Source of the DNA: an uncultured Armatimonadetes bacterium
GTDB taxonomy: Bacteria > Armatimonadota > Hebobacteria > Hebobacterales > Hebobacteraceae
Direction: 5' to 3'
Assembly: GCA_963716175.1 (NCBI GenBank)
Contig: OY970296.1
Span: forward strand, 384,001 to 448,000
Length of the DNA: 64,000 bases
Positions 10,146 through 18,777 of the stretch are shown in pieces. Made by a program: the position numbers and the translations under genes. The notes under the pieces are model-generated. The model was given only the letters and a program-made list of their open reading frames with translations, was not told the origin of the DNA and made no database searches. The number at the start of each line of letters is the position of its first letter. Position 1 is the stretch's first letter.

Positions 10146-11423
10146 ATGGTGTCTGAGAAGCTGGCGATCAGCGGCGGACCACAAACCGTTCCCGCGGGCA
10201 TGGTGAGGAGCTGGCCTCCTATCACCGAGGAAGACCGGCAGGCCGTGCTGGCGGTGATGGAGTCGGATCACCTCCATGGGACCGGCGCGCCCCAGGCCGT
10301 CGCCTTCCAGGAGGAATGGGCCCAGTATGTCGGGTCGAAGTACTGCCTGGTCACCAACAGCGGCACCTCCGCCCTGCACATGGCGGTGGCGGCGGCCGGC
10401 CTGAAGCCGGGGGACGAGGTGATCGTCCCCGCCTATACCTACTGGTCTACCGCGGCGGCCGTACTGCATCACAACTGCATTCCTGTTTTCGTGGACATCG
10501 AACCCCAGGCATTCTGCCTCGATCCCACGAAGATCGAAGAGAAGCTGAGCGAGCACACCCGTGCGCTCATGCCCGTCCACGTGCACGGCATGCCGGCCGA
10601 TATGGATCCCATTGGCGAGATAGCCAAGAAGCACGGCCTGGTGGTGATCGAGGACGCCTGCCAGGCTCATGGCGCCGAGTACAAGGGGCGGAAGGCAGGA
10701 GTGCTGGGCCACGCGGCCGGCTTCAGCCTCAACCGCTCCAAGAACCTGACGGCCTGCGAAGGCGGCCTCTACACCACGGACGATGAGGCCTTCCACCGTT
10801 ACGCTTCGATGATGCGCGAGTTCGGCGAGGTCATCGTCCCAGGGCAGGTGCGGGAGTACAACGCCTATACCCTGGGCTGGATGTACCGCACGATCGAGTT
10901 TGCCAACGCCTTCGGGCGCAGCCAGCTCCGGCGCTTGGAGCAGCACAACACTCAACGGACAGAGATGGCCGAATTGCTGAACCACGAGCTTGCGGCCATC
11001 CCGGGGGTGCAGCCGGCTTCGCGCCCGCCGGATCGGAAGCCCGTCTACTGGACCTACGTGGTGGAGTTCCGGCCCGACCAGCTCGGCCTCGACCTCCCTC
11101 GGAACCAGTTCCGGGAGGCCGCGGAGCATGCGCTGCAAGCCGAGGGAGTCCCGATCGGACAATGGCAGCGGATGCCGGTGCCGGCCCAGGACGTCTTCCA
11201 GAGCGGCGAGGGATACGGCCACGGCTGCCCCTGGACGTGCCGCTTCGGGCGCAAGGTGGAGTATCACGGCGAGGACTACCCGAACACGCTGCGCTTCCTG
11301 GAAAGCCACTCCTGTGTTGGCGGAGTCTACCCGCCAAACACGCTGGATCTGATGAAGCTCTACGTCCAGGCCTTCGAGAAGGTCATGGCGCAGGGGGCCG
11401 ACCTGCTGAAGGTGGGGCGCTGA
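10146..11423 (+). CDS. DegT/DnrJ/EryC1/StrS PLP-dependent aminotransferase
   Basis: NSGTSALH, GDEVIVPAYT, VIEDACQAHGA, FSLNRSKNLTACEGG (PLP lysine). Confidence 0.92.
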   Translation: MVSEKLAISGGPQTVPAGMVRSWPPITEEDRQAVLAVMESDHLHGTGAPQAVAFQEEWAQYVGSKYCLVTNSGTSALHMAVAAAGLKPGDEVIVPAYTYWSTAAAVLHHNCIPVFVDIEPQAFCLDPTKIEEKLSEHTRALMPVHVHGMPADMDPIGEIAKKHGLVVIEDACQAHGAEYKGRKAGVLGHAAGFSLNRSKNLTACEGGLYTTDDEAFHRYASMMREFGEVIVPGQVREYNAYTLGWMYRTIEFANAFGRSQLRRLEQHNTQRTEMAELLNHELAAIPGVQPASRPPDRKPVYWTYVVEFRPDQLGLDLPRNQFREAAEHALQAEGVPIGQWQRMPVPAQDVFQSGEGYGHGCPWTCRFGRKVEYHGEDYPNTLRFLESHSCVGGVYPPNTLDLMKLYVQAFEKVMAQGADLLKVGR

Positions 11424-11464
11424 GCGTCCCGGGCGTCGAGCGCGAGCGGGCCATGGCCCCAGCG

Positions 11465-13522
11465 CTAGCGAAGCTCCGTGTCGAGCAACACCTTGGCGTT
11501 TTCTGTGATCTGAAGTCGGCCGCTGGCGCCGCCGTGTAGGGGGAAGGTGGCCAGGTAGTTCCTGCCCTGGGCATGCACACGCATCCCCACCAGCCCGCTC
11601 TCTCGCACCAGCGAAACGTTTCCCGAAGAAGCGATTTCGTCGCCATCTACCTCGAGCACGTGCAGGAACAGATCCTCCGCGGCCGGCAGCGACGGCGACA
11701 CCTCGGTCCGCCAGGCGCCCGCGGCCTCCGTCCACTCTCGCTCGACCGGGGGCCAGTTGCGGCCCTCCACCCAGCACTCCTTCCCAGGCCCGCCCACTTT
11801 GGTGATGACGGCCCGCTCGGGTAGCACCGTGCGGCAGACCAGGCGGCCCGGGCCGTCGGCGATACTCACAACGCCATTCGCGATCTGGGGTTCACCCACC
11901 GAGTGCAGCAGCCAGGCCTTGCGAAAGCCGGGATCGGTCGCCGTCACCTGATCGAACACCACGAACAGGTTCGGGGGCAGAAAGAGGAAGTGGCGGAGGA
12001 AGAGCCGGAGCTTGGCCGAGCTGTAGGACTTGGTGGCATCGCCAACCGCGTAGGTGAATAGCGGATCGTGGCGATAGGTAACGATACGGCCCACATCCCA
12101 GCGATCCGTCTGCGCGACCTCGTCCACCCGTTCCAGCCCTCTCAGCCTGAGCTGGCCGCCGTCGTTGGCGCCGCCGCTGTCCTCGAGGGCCCATGGACCG
12201 CCCCGGAAGGCCTCTCCCGCGTCAAAGATGGTGATCGTGTTGTGGGCGATAGTGCGAGAGTAGTAGTTGGTCCGGTAGTCAGTCCTGACGGACTCACCGT
12301 AAGCGTTGACGCCGGAGTCCAGGGCGAGCAGGGATCGCTTGTGGATAGTGAAGGCGTTGTTGTCCAGATGCTGGTGACCCGTGAGGAAGGGCCCGCACTG
12401 GAACGAGGCGAAGGTGGCGTCGTCCTCCCACGATGACCGCATCAACACCCAGCCCAGACGGTCGAAGAGCCGCGCCGTGGGCAGGTCCGTCGGAGGCTGA
12501 GCCGCGAGAGCGGGATCGCGCCACAGGATGATGGGCCAGAGCATGACATCGTATTCGCGCGCGATCTGGTCTCCCATCCACTGTGCCCGGCCATCCTGGT
12601 AGCGGTAGGCCAGCAGGTAGATGTATGCCCCCTCGTCGCCAGCACTCCAGGCCTTCCGCAGGCTGGCGTCGTCGCAGTGTTCCTGCCTGTGATCGAACGG
12701 CCGGCGGCCGTAGATGTTCCAGAGCGCGCTGTAGCGGGCGGCCGTGCACCCAGGGAACAGATCTTCACCCGTCGCGGTCCGCCAGGCCTCCATCACCCAC
12801 GCCAGGGGCCGCATGTAACCCCAGGCGTCATAGCCATAGCCCTCGTGCTGCCCGCCCGTGGCGTCGGCCATGAAGTTGGCCGCCGGGATCAGGTGGTTGT
12901 GGAGCAAGTCGCTGCCTGTGCGCAGGAGCTCCTCGACCCGCGGGTCGAGGACGTCCCCCTGCAGCGCCAGACCCGCGTACACGAACGGCCACACCTTTTC
13001 CAGGGCGAAGTGGTTGTTGAAGTCCGAGTGCCGCCATATCTTCCGATCGCAGTAGTTCGCGATGCGGAGCATCGCCTCCGCCAGCTCGGCGCGCTGCTGA
13101 TCTGTGAGCTCGGGGTACAGCCAGTCGTAGGCGAGGGCGAGGCTGAACAGCACTTCGGGGCTGGCGTAGACATCCAGCTTGTGGGTCCGCGCCAGGTGCT
13201 CAGCGAGCGTCGCCGCCGACCGGAGGTAGATTTCTCCCCGGGTGATCACATAGACCAACGCGGTATTGCGCAGCGCGAAGGCGTCGCCGTAGGCGTCATT
13301 GGTCGGCTCCCGCACGGCACTCGAGACCATGCGCTGCCACACCTCGGGATAGGCCTTGACCTGGCGCTGAAGACGGGGCAGATCCTCGGCTGTGATGAGA
13401 AGACGTGGATGCTGGGGCCGAACCGCCGGAAGCTCCCCCGGCGCCCCGGCGCCGGCCGACATAGCGGCCAGCAGCAGCGAGGTGCAGAAAATCACGTACA
13501 CGGGGCTCCAGCATCCAAACAT
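11465..13522 (-). CDS. Heparinase II/III-like polysaccharide lyase (secreted)
   Basis: Signal peptide; HPRLL; LALAYDWLY; MRSSW; GHQHLDNNAFTI; RTIAHNTITI; KAWLLHS. Confidence 0.8.
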   Translation of the reverse strand: MFGCWSPVYVIFCTSLLLAAMSAGAGAPGELPAVRPQHPRLLITAEDLPRLQRQVKAYPEVWQRMVSSAVREPTNDAYGDAFALRNTALVYVITRGEIYLRSAATLAEHLARTHKLDVYASPEVLFSLALAYDWLYPELTDQQRAELAEAMLRIANYCDRKIWRHSDFNNHFALEKVWPFVYAGLALQGDVLDPRVEELLRTGSDLLHNHLIPAANFMADATGGQHEGYGYDAWGYMRPLAWVMEAWRTATGEDLFPGCTAARYSALWNIYGRRPFDHRQEHCDDASLRKAWSAGDEGAYIYLLAYRYQDGRAQWMGDQIAREYDVMLWPIILWRDPALAAQPPTDLPTARLFDRLGWVLMRSSWEDDATFASFQCGPFLTGHQHLDNNAFTIHKRSLLALDSGVNAYGESVRTDYRTNYYSRTIAHNTITIFDAGEAFRGGPWALEDSGGANDGGQLRLRGLERVDEVAQTDRWDVGRIVTYRHDPLFTYAVGDATKSYSSAKLRLFLRHFLFLPPNLFVVFDQVTATDPGFRKAWLLHSVGEPQIANGVVSIADGPGRLVCRTVLPERAVITKVGGPGKECWVEGRNWPPVEREWTEAAGAWRTEVSPSLPAAEDLFLHVLEVDGDEIASSGNVSLVRESGLVGMRVHAQGRNYLATFPLHGGASGRLQITENAKVLLDTELR

Positions 13523-13589
13523 CAAGTCACCTCGACTGAGTCAGAGTGAGATGGTCAGGCCGCGATTTGCGCAGAGGGCGCGGCCTTCT

Positions 13590-13661
13590 GTAGGGCGGGG
13601 TCTCCTGACCCCGCCAGGCGGGCATGCGCTTGTCCGCCTCCGGCGGGTATGCCCGCCCTAC
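13590..13661. repeat. REP doublet (REPIN-like) with inverted GTAGGGCGGG...CCCGCCCTAC ends
   Basis: GTAGGGCGGGGTCTCCTGACCCCGCC followed by an inverted unit whose loop holds CCGCCTCCGGCGG; the TAG stop of the upstream gene lies in the GTAG foot. Confidence 0.7.
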
Positions 13662-15031
13662 AGGGAAGCGGGCTTGTAAGTCCAATACTGGAGCTTGATC
13701 GCCAGCTTGGTGTTCGGGACCGGCCGGTTCCGGTGCGGGAAGAAGGCAACCAGATCGAAGCTGGCCTCCTCCCACTTGCGCAGCATCTCGTCGAACCCCT
13801 CTGGGTAGAGCGGCGCGGGCTCTAGCCTGATGGGGCTGCGGCCGAGCAGCCTGACCGCGGCGGCTCTCAGCAGCGCGGCCGGCGGCACCAGGCGCCCGGC
13901 CAGGGACACTTCATCCGGCACCCGCCCTTCGGCCGCTATCGTCTCTTCTGCTGACCTGCAGGCGGAGAGGATCTGCTCACCTGTCACGATTCCCTGCGGG
14001 TCGCCCACGCCCGTCTTCGGGAGCGCGGTCGGCCCCACCATGCGGCGCAGCGGGACGCGCTCCGCCTCAGGTCTGAGATTCGCCCACACCACTGCCGCGA
14101 AGCTCTCCGCCAGACTCAGTGTCACGCCAGCCGCGTCGGCGAACGACATTCGTTCGCTCACCCGCCGCGCCGCCGCCTCCACCTGGGCCCGCGTCAGAAA
14201 CGGCGGGTCGCGCCGAGTCTCGCGTTCCACCTCGCCATAGGTCGTAAACTCGACGCCATGCCGCTGCCGGGCATAGTCCACTAGCTCACCAAGGTTGTCG
14301 AGCCGTTTCCTGGTCTCTTCGGCCGGCAGCCGCGGCGCCAGCCGATACGGCGGCCTGGTCGGCGGGTTCGGGTTGTCCAGATAGTTGATCTCGCTCCACC
14401 ATTTGTCGCTGATGAAACGGCAGGGATGGAACCGCACGTTGACCAGGTCTTCGTTCGCAGCGGCGACCCGGTCGAGTTCCCCAGGCGCACGGCCGGCATA
14501 GGTAAGCTCTTCCGCAATCAGGGGCAGAGAGACGCACAAGCTGTTGGCGTACCACGCGATGTGACGCGTCCGCTCGTAGAGCGCGGGTCCGTAGGCGAAG
14601 ACTTTCAGGCCCAACTGCCGGTAGGCCTCCAGAATCTGTGGCGCGGAGTCGCCGCAGGTGCGCAGATAGGTGATGGGCCGCTCGCCGAACAGGCTCTCGA
14701 GGTCGGCCAGGCCCCGCGCCTCGGTGGCCACCAGCCAGCGCGTGGCTTCCTCCCAACCACACTCCTCCACGATCTCCGAGGCGAAACGCGGCCGGTGCGT
14801 CTCGTCCGGGAACAGGAAGTGGTTGTCGCTGTGGTAGCAGATCTCGTGCGCCGACAGCGCCTCGACCAGATCCCATCGGCCCAGATCCCGGATGAAACGC
14901 GCCTTCTCCCCCACCAGGCCAAAGCAGGCGCGCACTCCGCGTTGTGTGAGCGTCCTGCAAATCTGCAGCAGGACATCGTTGGAGGCGGGGTCGGTGAAGT
15001 CCTCGGTATCGAAGCTGACGATAATGCGCAT
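13658..15031 (-). CDS. Polysaccharide deacetylase-like (NodB/CE4-like) protein
   Basis: IIVSFDTEDF, ACFGLVGEKAR, HEICYHSDNH, RFHPCRF; start may be 15055. Confidence 0.65.
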   Translation of the reverse strand: MRIIVSFDTEDFTDPASNDVLLQICRTLTQRGVRACFGLVGEKARFIRDLGRWDLVEALSAHEICYHSDNHFLFPDETHRPRFASEIVEECGWEEATRWLVATEARGLADLESLFGERPITYLRTCGDSAPQILEAYRQLGLKVFAYGPALYERTRHIAWYANSLCVSLPLIAEELTYAGRAPGELDRVAAANEDLVNVRFHPCRFISDKWWSEINYLDNPNPPTRPPYRLAPRLPAEETRKRLDNLGELVDYARQRHGVEFTTYGEVERETRRDPPFLTRAQVEAAARRVSERMSFADAAGVTLSLAESFAAVVWANLRPEAERVPLRRMVGPTALPKTGVGDPQGIVTGEQILSACRSAEETIAAEGRVPDEVSLAGRLVPPAALLRAAAVRLLGRSPIRLEPAPLYPEGFDEMLRKWEEASFDLVAFFPHRNRPVPNTKLAIKLQYWTYKPASL

Positions 15032-15533
15032 TCCTGACCTATCCGATCCCATCATCCCTCTCGCGGCTTCCCTCACCGAATTACCTGCTCCTCTGCTTCT
15101 CACCTTCTCGGCCGGCGTAACTGCCGCCGGAGATCATGGGAAGCTGAACCCGGCGTGTGGCAGTAGAATGCGGCGAGAGCAACGGATGGGGATTGGTGGC
15201 GCATAGTGTCTGGATCTGGCCGCGCCGGGATGGTGGCGGTCGGTCTAGCCTCGGCGGGCAGCCAGCCCACAGCAGGCGCCGTCTTCGATGACTCACTCCC
15301 ACTGGCCCGAGCAGCGCCAACCCACGGCGCGCTCGGAGGCCCACAGCCGTTAACCTCGCCGTTGAACGTCGGGCCTGCGTCTCACCCGCCAGAGGCGGAC
15401 AACTTGTTGAGGAGGCAAAAGGAGGCACATGCGGAGCATCTCACTTGCGGCAGTGGCCTGCGCGCGATCCTCTGCGGTCGCACACCAGCCGCAGGCTCGC
15501 GAATCCCGATGGCAAGGCAGGAGGCGAAACGGT

Positions 15534-18512
15534 ATGAAGATGTGGCGGGTATGTCTGGCTGTGCTGGTAGTCTTCTCTCTGTGCACCACTCTCGGCTTCG
15601 CCGCCTATACCGAGCGGCTCAGCATCAACGGGGCCGGTGGCGAGGCCGACGGCGCCAGCTCATCGCCGACAGTGGACAGGTACGGCGATGTGGCGGCGTT
15701 CGCATCCACGGCAACGAACCTCGTCGAGGGTGACACCAACGGATGCTCGGACATCTTCGCTTCGAAGCGCGGCGAGGCGGGTCTGCTGCGTGTGAGTGTG
15801 GACAGCGCAGGCGCGGAGGCGGACGGCGCCTCCACGAAGCCTTTCCTCAGCCCCGGCTCCAACTCCGTTGTCTACCAGTCGCTGGCGACCAATCTCGTGG
15901 CCGAGGACGCTGGCGACGTGATGAACGTGTATGTCACTGACATCGGAGGCGGGGTGGTCTCAGGCACCTATCTGGTGAGCGTGGGGATGGCAGGGCCGGC
16001 CGACGGCGCATCCTACGATGCCTCGATCACCGAAAGCAACCAGTATGTGGCCTTCACCTCAGAGGCAACGAACCTGGCTGATGGTGATTCCAACGACTGC
16101 TCTGACATCTTCGTTCGCGACCGCGACTCGGACACCACCATTCGCGTGAGCGTTGACTCCGAGGGCGGGGAAGCCAACGGCCCCTCCTACTCGTCAATGA
16201 TCAGCGCGGACGGCAGCCACGTCGTGTTCATCTCCGAAGCCACGAATCTGGTGGAGGGTGATACCAACGGCGTCGCTGACGTATTCGTCTATGATCTGGA
16301 CGCAGGCACCATCGAGCGGGTCAGCGTAGACACCCCGGGCAACCAGGCGAACGGCGCGAGCACCGGTCGGCCCTCGATCAGCGGTACCGGCGGGGCTGTG
16401 GCCTTCGCATCGGCGGCCACGAACCTGGTTGACGGTGACACCAATGGGGCCACGGACATCTTCGTGCGCAACCTCTCGGAGAGCACGACCTCCCGGGTGA
16501 GCGTGGCCGACTCCACCGGCGCCCAGGCTGATGGCGACTCGTGGGGCCCGTCGATCAGCACTGACGGGCGCTTGGTAGGGTTCGCCTCCGGCGCCTCCAA
16601 TCTGGTCGCCGACGACGCCAACGGCGTTGACGATGTGTTCGTCAACGACTCCGCGACGGGCCACACCCTGCGCTTCAGCGTACCCGGGGACGGCACCGCC
16701 GTACCGAGGTTCCGCGATTCGGGTCTCACGCCTGGCGAGCCGGGGATCGGAGAGGCAGATGGCGCCTCCAGCGAGCCGGCCGTCGCCATGTTCGCGGTGA
16801 CTGACGGGGTTCCCTGCTGCACAGACGGCCGCTGGAACGTGGTGTTCACGTCACAGGCTACCAACCTGGTCCCGGACGACACCAACGACGTCTCTGACGT
16901 GTTCATGCGCACGCTCCTGCTTCACCGGAACAACGAATCCTTCCCGAGCGACCTGGGGATGATCTGCTTCGACCGCGGCGGCAGCAGCGGAGAGTGGACC
17001 GATCTGAATGGCGAGATCACTATCGACGGCCACGTGGTTCCCATTCTGCCGCCAGAGATCGACAATGCCACGAAGCTCCTGTTGCTGAGTGACGATCTCA
17101 TCAGCCTCGAGGCAGTGCCGGATCCCGGTTTCAGATTCCTGGCCTGGGACTGCTGCTTCGAACGCACCGGCCTGGTCAGCAACCCGATGGAGCTCCGCGT
17201 ACCCCGCTGCATAGGCGGCTGGGCGCAGATTGAAGCGATTCCCTACACCTTCACGCTGAACACTGTTGGCGACGGAACGGTCTTTGTCGATTCGGCAGAG
17301 GTGGAGGTGCCGTACTCGGCCACCTTCTACTACGGCGACGAGGTCACGATCTCTGCGGCAGCCGCGGTCGGCCGCGTCTTCTCCGGCTGGTCTGGCGACC
17401 TCACCGGCAACGTGAACCCGGCCACGATCACCATCACTGGCGATACGGCCATCGTCGCTCACTTCCCGCTCCCAACGGTCTCCCTGCGCGTCGGGGGCGT
17501 GGGCAGCGGGACTGTCAAGGTCAACAGCGAAGCCCATGCCCTTCCCTGGAACGAGGTCTTCGACGCGGGCGCGACCGTCACGCTCGAAGCCGTTCCTGCG
17601 GCGGGGCAGCTGTTCACCGGCTGGTCGGGCGATGTCACGGGCGACGACAACCCAGTTGAGCTCGTGATGCTCGAGGACGCACACGTGACCGCGAGCTTCA
17701 GCACCACCGAGGTGACGCTGACTGTCAACGGCGAGCCCGGTACGAGCGTGAAGGTCAACGGCGTAGCGCACTGGCTCCCGTGGTCGGGTCAGTTCACGTA
17801 CGGGGCGGCCGTGACTCTCGAAGCGGTCCCAGGGGACTGCAGTCGCTTCGACGGGTGGTCCGGCGCTGTCACCGGGACGACGAACCCGATCATCGTGACC
17901 ATGGCCGGCAACAAGACAGTCACCGCGAGCTTCAGCTCAATCTCGGTCTTCACGGACATCGGCTGTGAGTTCTGGGCCGCCAGGGAGATCGCTGCCTGCG
18001 CGGCTGCCGGGATAGTGGCCGGTTACCTGGATGGGACCTACAAGCCTGACGTCGCCGTCTCCCGCGACCAGATGGCAACCTACATCTCCCGGGCATTGGC
18101 TGGCGGCGACGCTCAAGTGCCGAGCGGGCCCGCCGTGCCCAGCTTCCCGGATGTGGCAACTGACTACTGGGCCTACAAATACATAGAGTATGCAAAGGCC
18201 CACGACATCGTCACGGGATACCCGGACGGTTGGTATCACCCCGCTGACATCGTGAACCGGGGCCAGATGGCGGTGTTCATCGCCCGCGCCATGGCGGGCG
18301 GGGACTCGCACGTCCCGACGCCGATGCCGCCGCCCACCTTCCCGGATGTCACCGGCGGCAATGACTGGGCCTGGTGCTACAAGTACGTCGAGTACGTGGT
18401 CGGGCACAGTGTGGTCCAGGGCTATCCCGACGGTAACTACCATCCGGAGTACGAAGTCACCCGCGACCAGATGGCGGTGTTCATCCAGCGCGCTTTCGAG
18501 CTGCCCATGTAG
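15534..18512 (+). CDS. S-layer-homology (SLH) surface protein with TolB/PD40-like beta-propeller and InlB B-repeat-like domains
   Basis: AGGAGG RBS; signal peptide; repeated F-x-S-x-ATNLV-x-GDTN-x-x-x-D-I/V-F; three F-x-GWSG-D/A repeats; three SLH repeats GYPDG-x-Y-x-P...R-x-QMA-x-F/Y-I. Confidence 0.88.
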   Translation: MKMWRVCLAVLVVFSLCTTLGFAAYTERLSINGAGGEADGASSSPTVDRYGDVAAFASTATNLVEGDTNGCSDIFASKRGEAGLLRVSVDSAGAEADGASTKPFLSPGSNSVVYQSLATNLVAEDAGDVMNVYVTDIGGGVVSGTYLVSVGMAGPADGASYDASITESNQYVAFTSEATNLADGDSNDCSDIFVRDRDSDTTIRVSVDSEGGEANGPSYSSMISADGSHVVFISEATNLVEGDTNGVADVFVYDLDAGTIERVSVDTPGNQANGASTGRPSISGTGGAVAFASAATNLVDGDTNGATDIFVRNLSESTTSRVSVADSTGAQADGDSWGPSISTDGRLVGFASGASNLVADDANGVDDVFVNDSATGHTLRFSVPGDGTAVPRFRDSGLTPGEPGIGEADGASSEPAVAMFAVTDGVPCCTDGRWNVVFTSQATNLVPDDTNDVSDVFMRTLLLHRNNESFPSDLGMICFDRGGSSGEWTDLNGEITIDGHVVPILPPEIDNATKLLLLSDDLISLEAVPDPGFRFLAWDCCFERTGLVSNPMELRVPRCIGGWAQIEAIPYTFTLNTVGDGTVFVDSAEVEVPYSATFYYGDEVTISAAAAVGRVFSGWSGDLTGNVNPATITITGDTAIVAHFPLPTVSLRVGGVGSGTVKVNSEAHALPWNEVFDAGATVTLEAVPAAGQLFTGWSGDVTGDDNPVELVMLEDAHVTASFSTTEVTLTVNGEPGTSVKVNGVAHWLPWSGQFTYGAAVTLEAVPGDCSRFDGWSGAVTGTTNPIIVTMAGNKTVTASFSSISVFTDIGCEFWAAREIAACAAAGIVAGYLDGTYKPDVAVSRDQMATYISRALAGGDAQVPSGPAVPSFPDVATDYWAYKYIEYAKAHDIVTGYPDGWYHPADIVNRGQMAVFIARAMAGGDSHVPTPMPPPTFPDVTGGNDWAWCYKYVEYVVGHSVVQGYPDGNYHPEYEVTRDQMAVFIQRAFELPM

Positions 18513-18541
18513 GACCAGCCACCTGTGTCGCAACGACAATG

Positions 18542-18573
18542 ACGAGGGCAGGGCCTCCAGGCCCTGCCCTCGT
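18542..18573. terminator. Strong hairpin between convergent genes
   Basis: Perfect inverted repeat ACGAGGGCAGGGCCT / AGGCCCTGCCCTCGT about 30 nt after the SLH gene stop; no U-tract. Confidence 0.55.
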
Positions 18574-18777
18574 GTTGCCATTAGCAGAGACGCGCTGCTG
18601 CTCCAGGATCAGGCTGTGCCCTGCCACCTCTTCAGCTTAGGCATGAAGTGACTGAGGCGGCGAAGCTTCAGGCGCGCACTTCACTGATGATCACTGTTGC
18701 TTCCCGCCGAGGAACTCGGCCTCCTGCCACCATCGCTCGCGCCGCCCAGGCGGGCCACGCCTACCACCACAGACCCA

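Noticed and set aside
9843-11777. Long antisense or alternative-frame ORFs (644 aa here; also 1012-2559, 33940-35271, 51991-53721)
   Set aside because: Shadow ORFs typical of high-GC DNA, overlapping well-supported genes and showing no motifs
15700-16900. Regularly spaced ACGAACCTGG/ACCAAC repeats as a possible CRISPR or DGR array
   Set aside because: They are degenerate codons of in-frame ATNLV-x-GDTN propeller repeats; no cas or RT gene is present
18580-18760. Possible structured RNA or small ORF between convergent genes
   Set aside because: No recognisable motif, promoter or RBS-supported ORF
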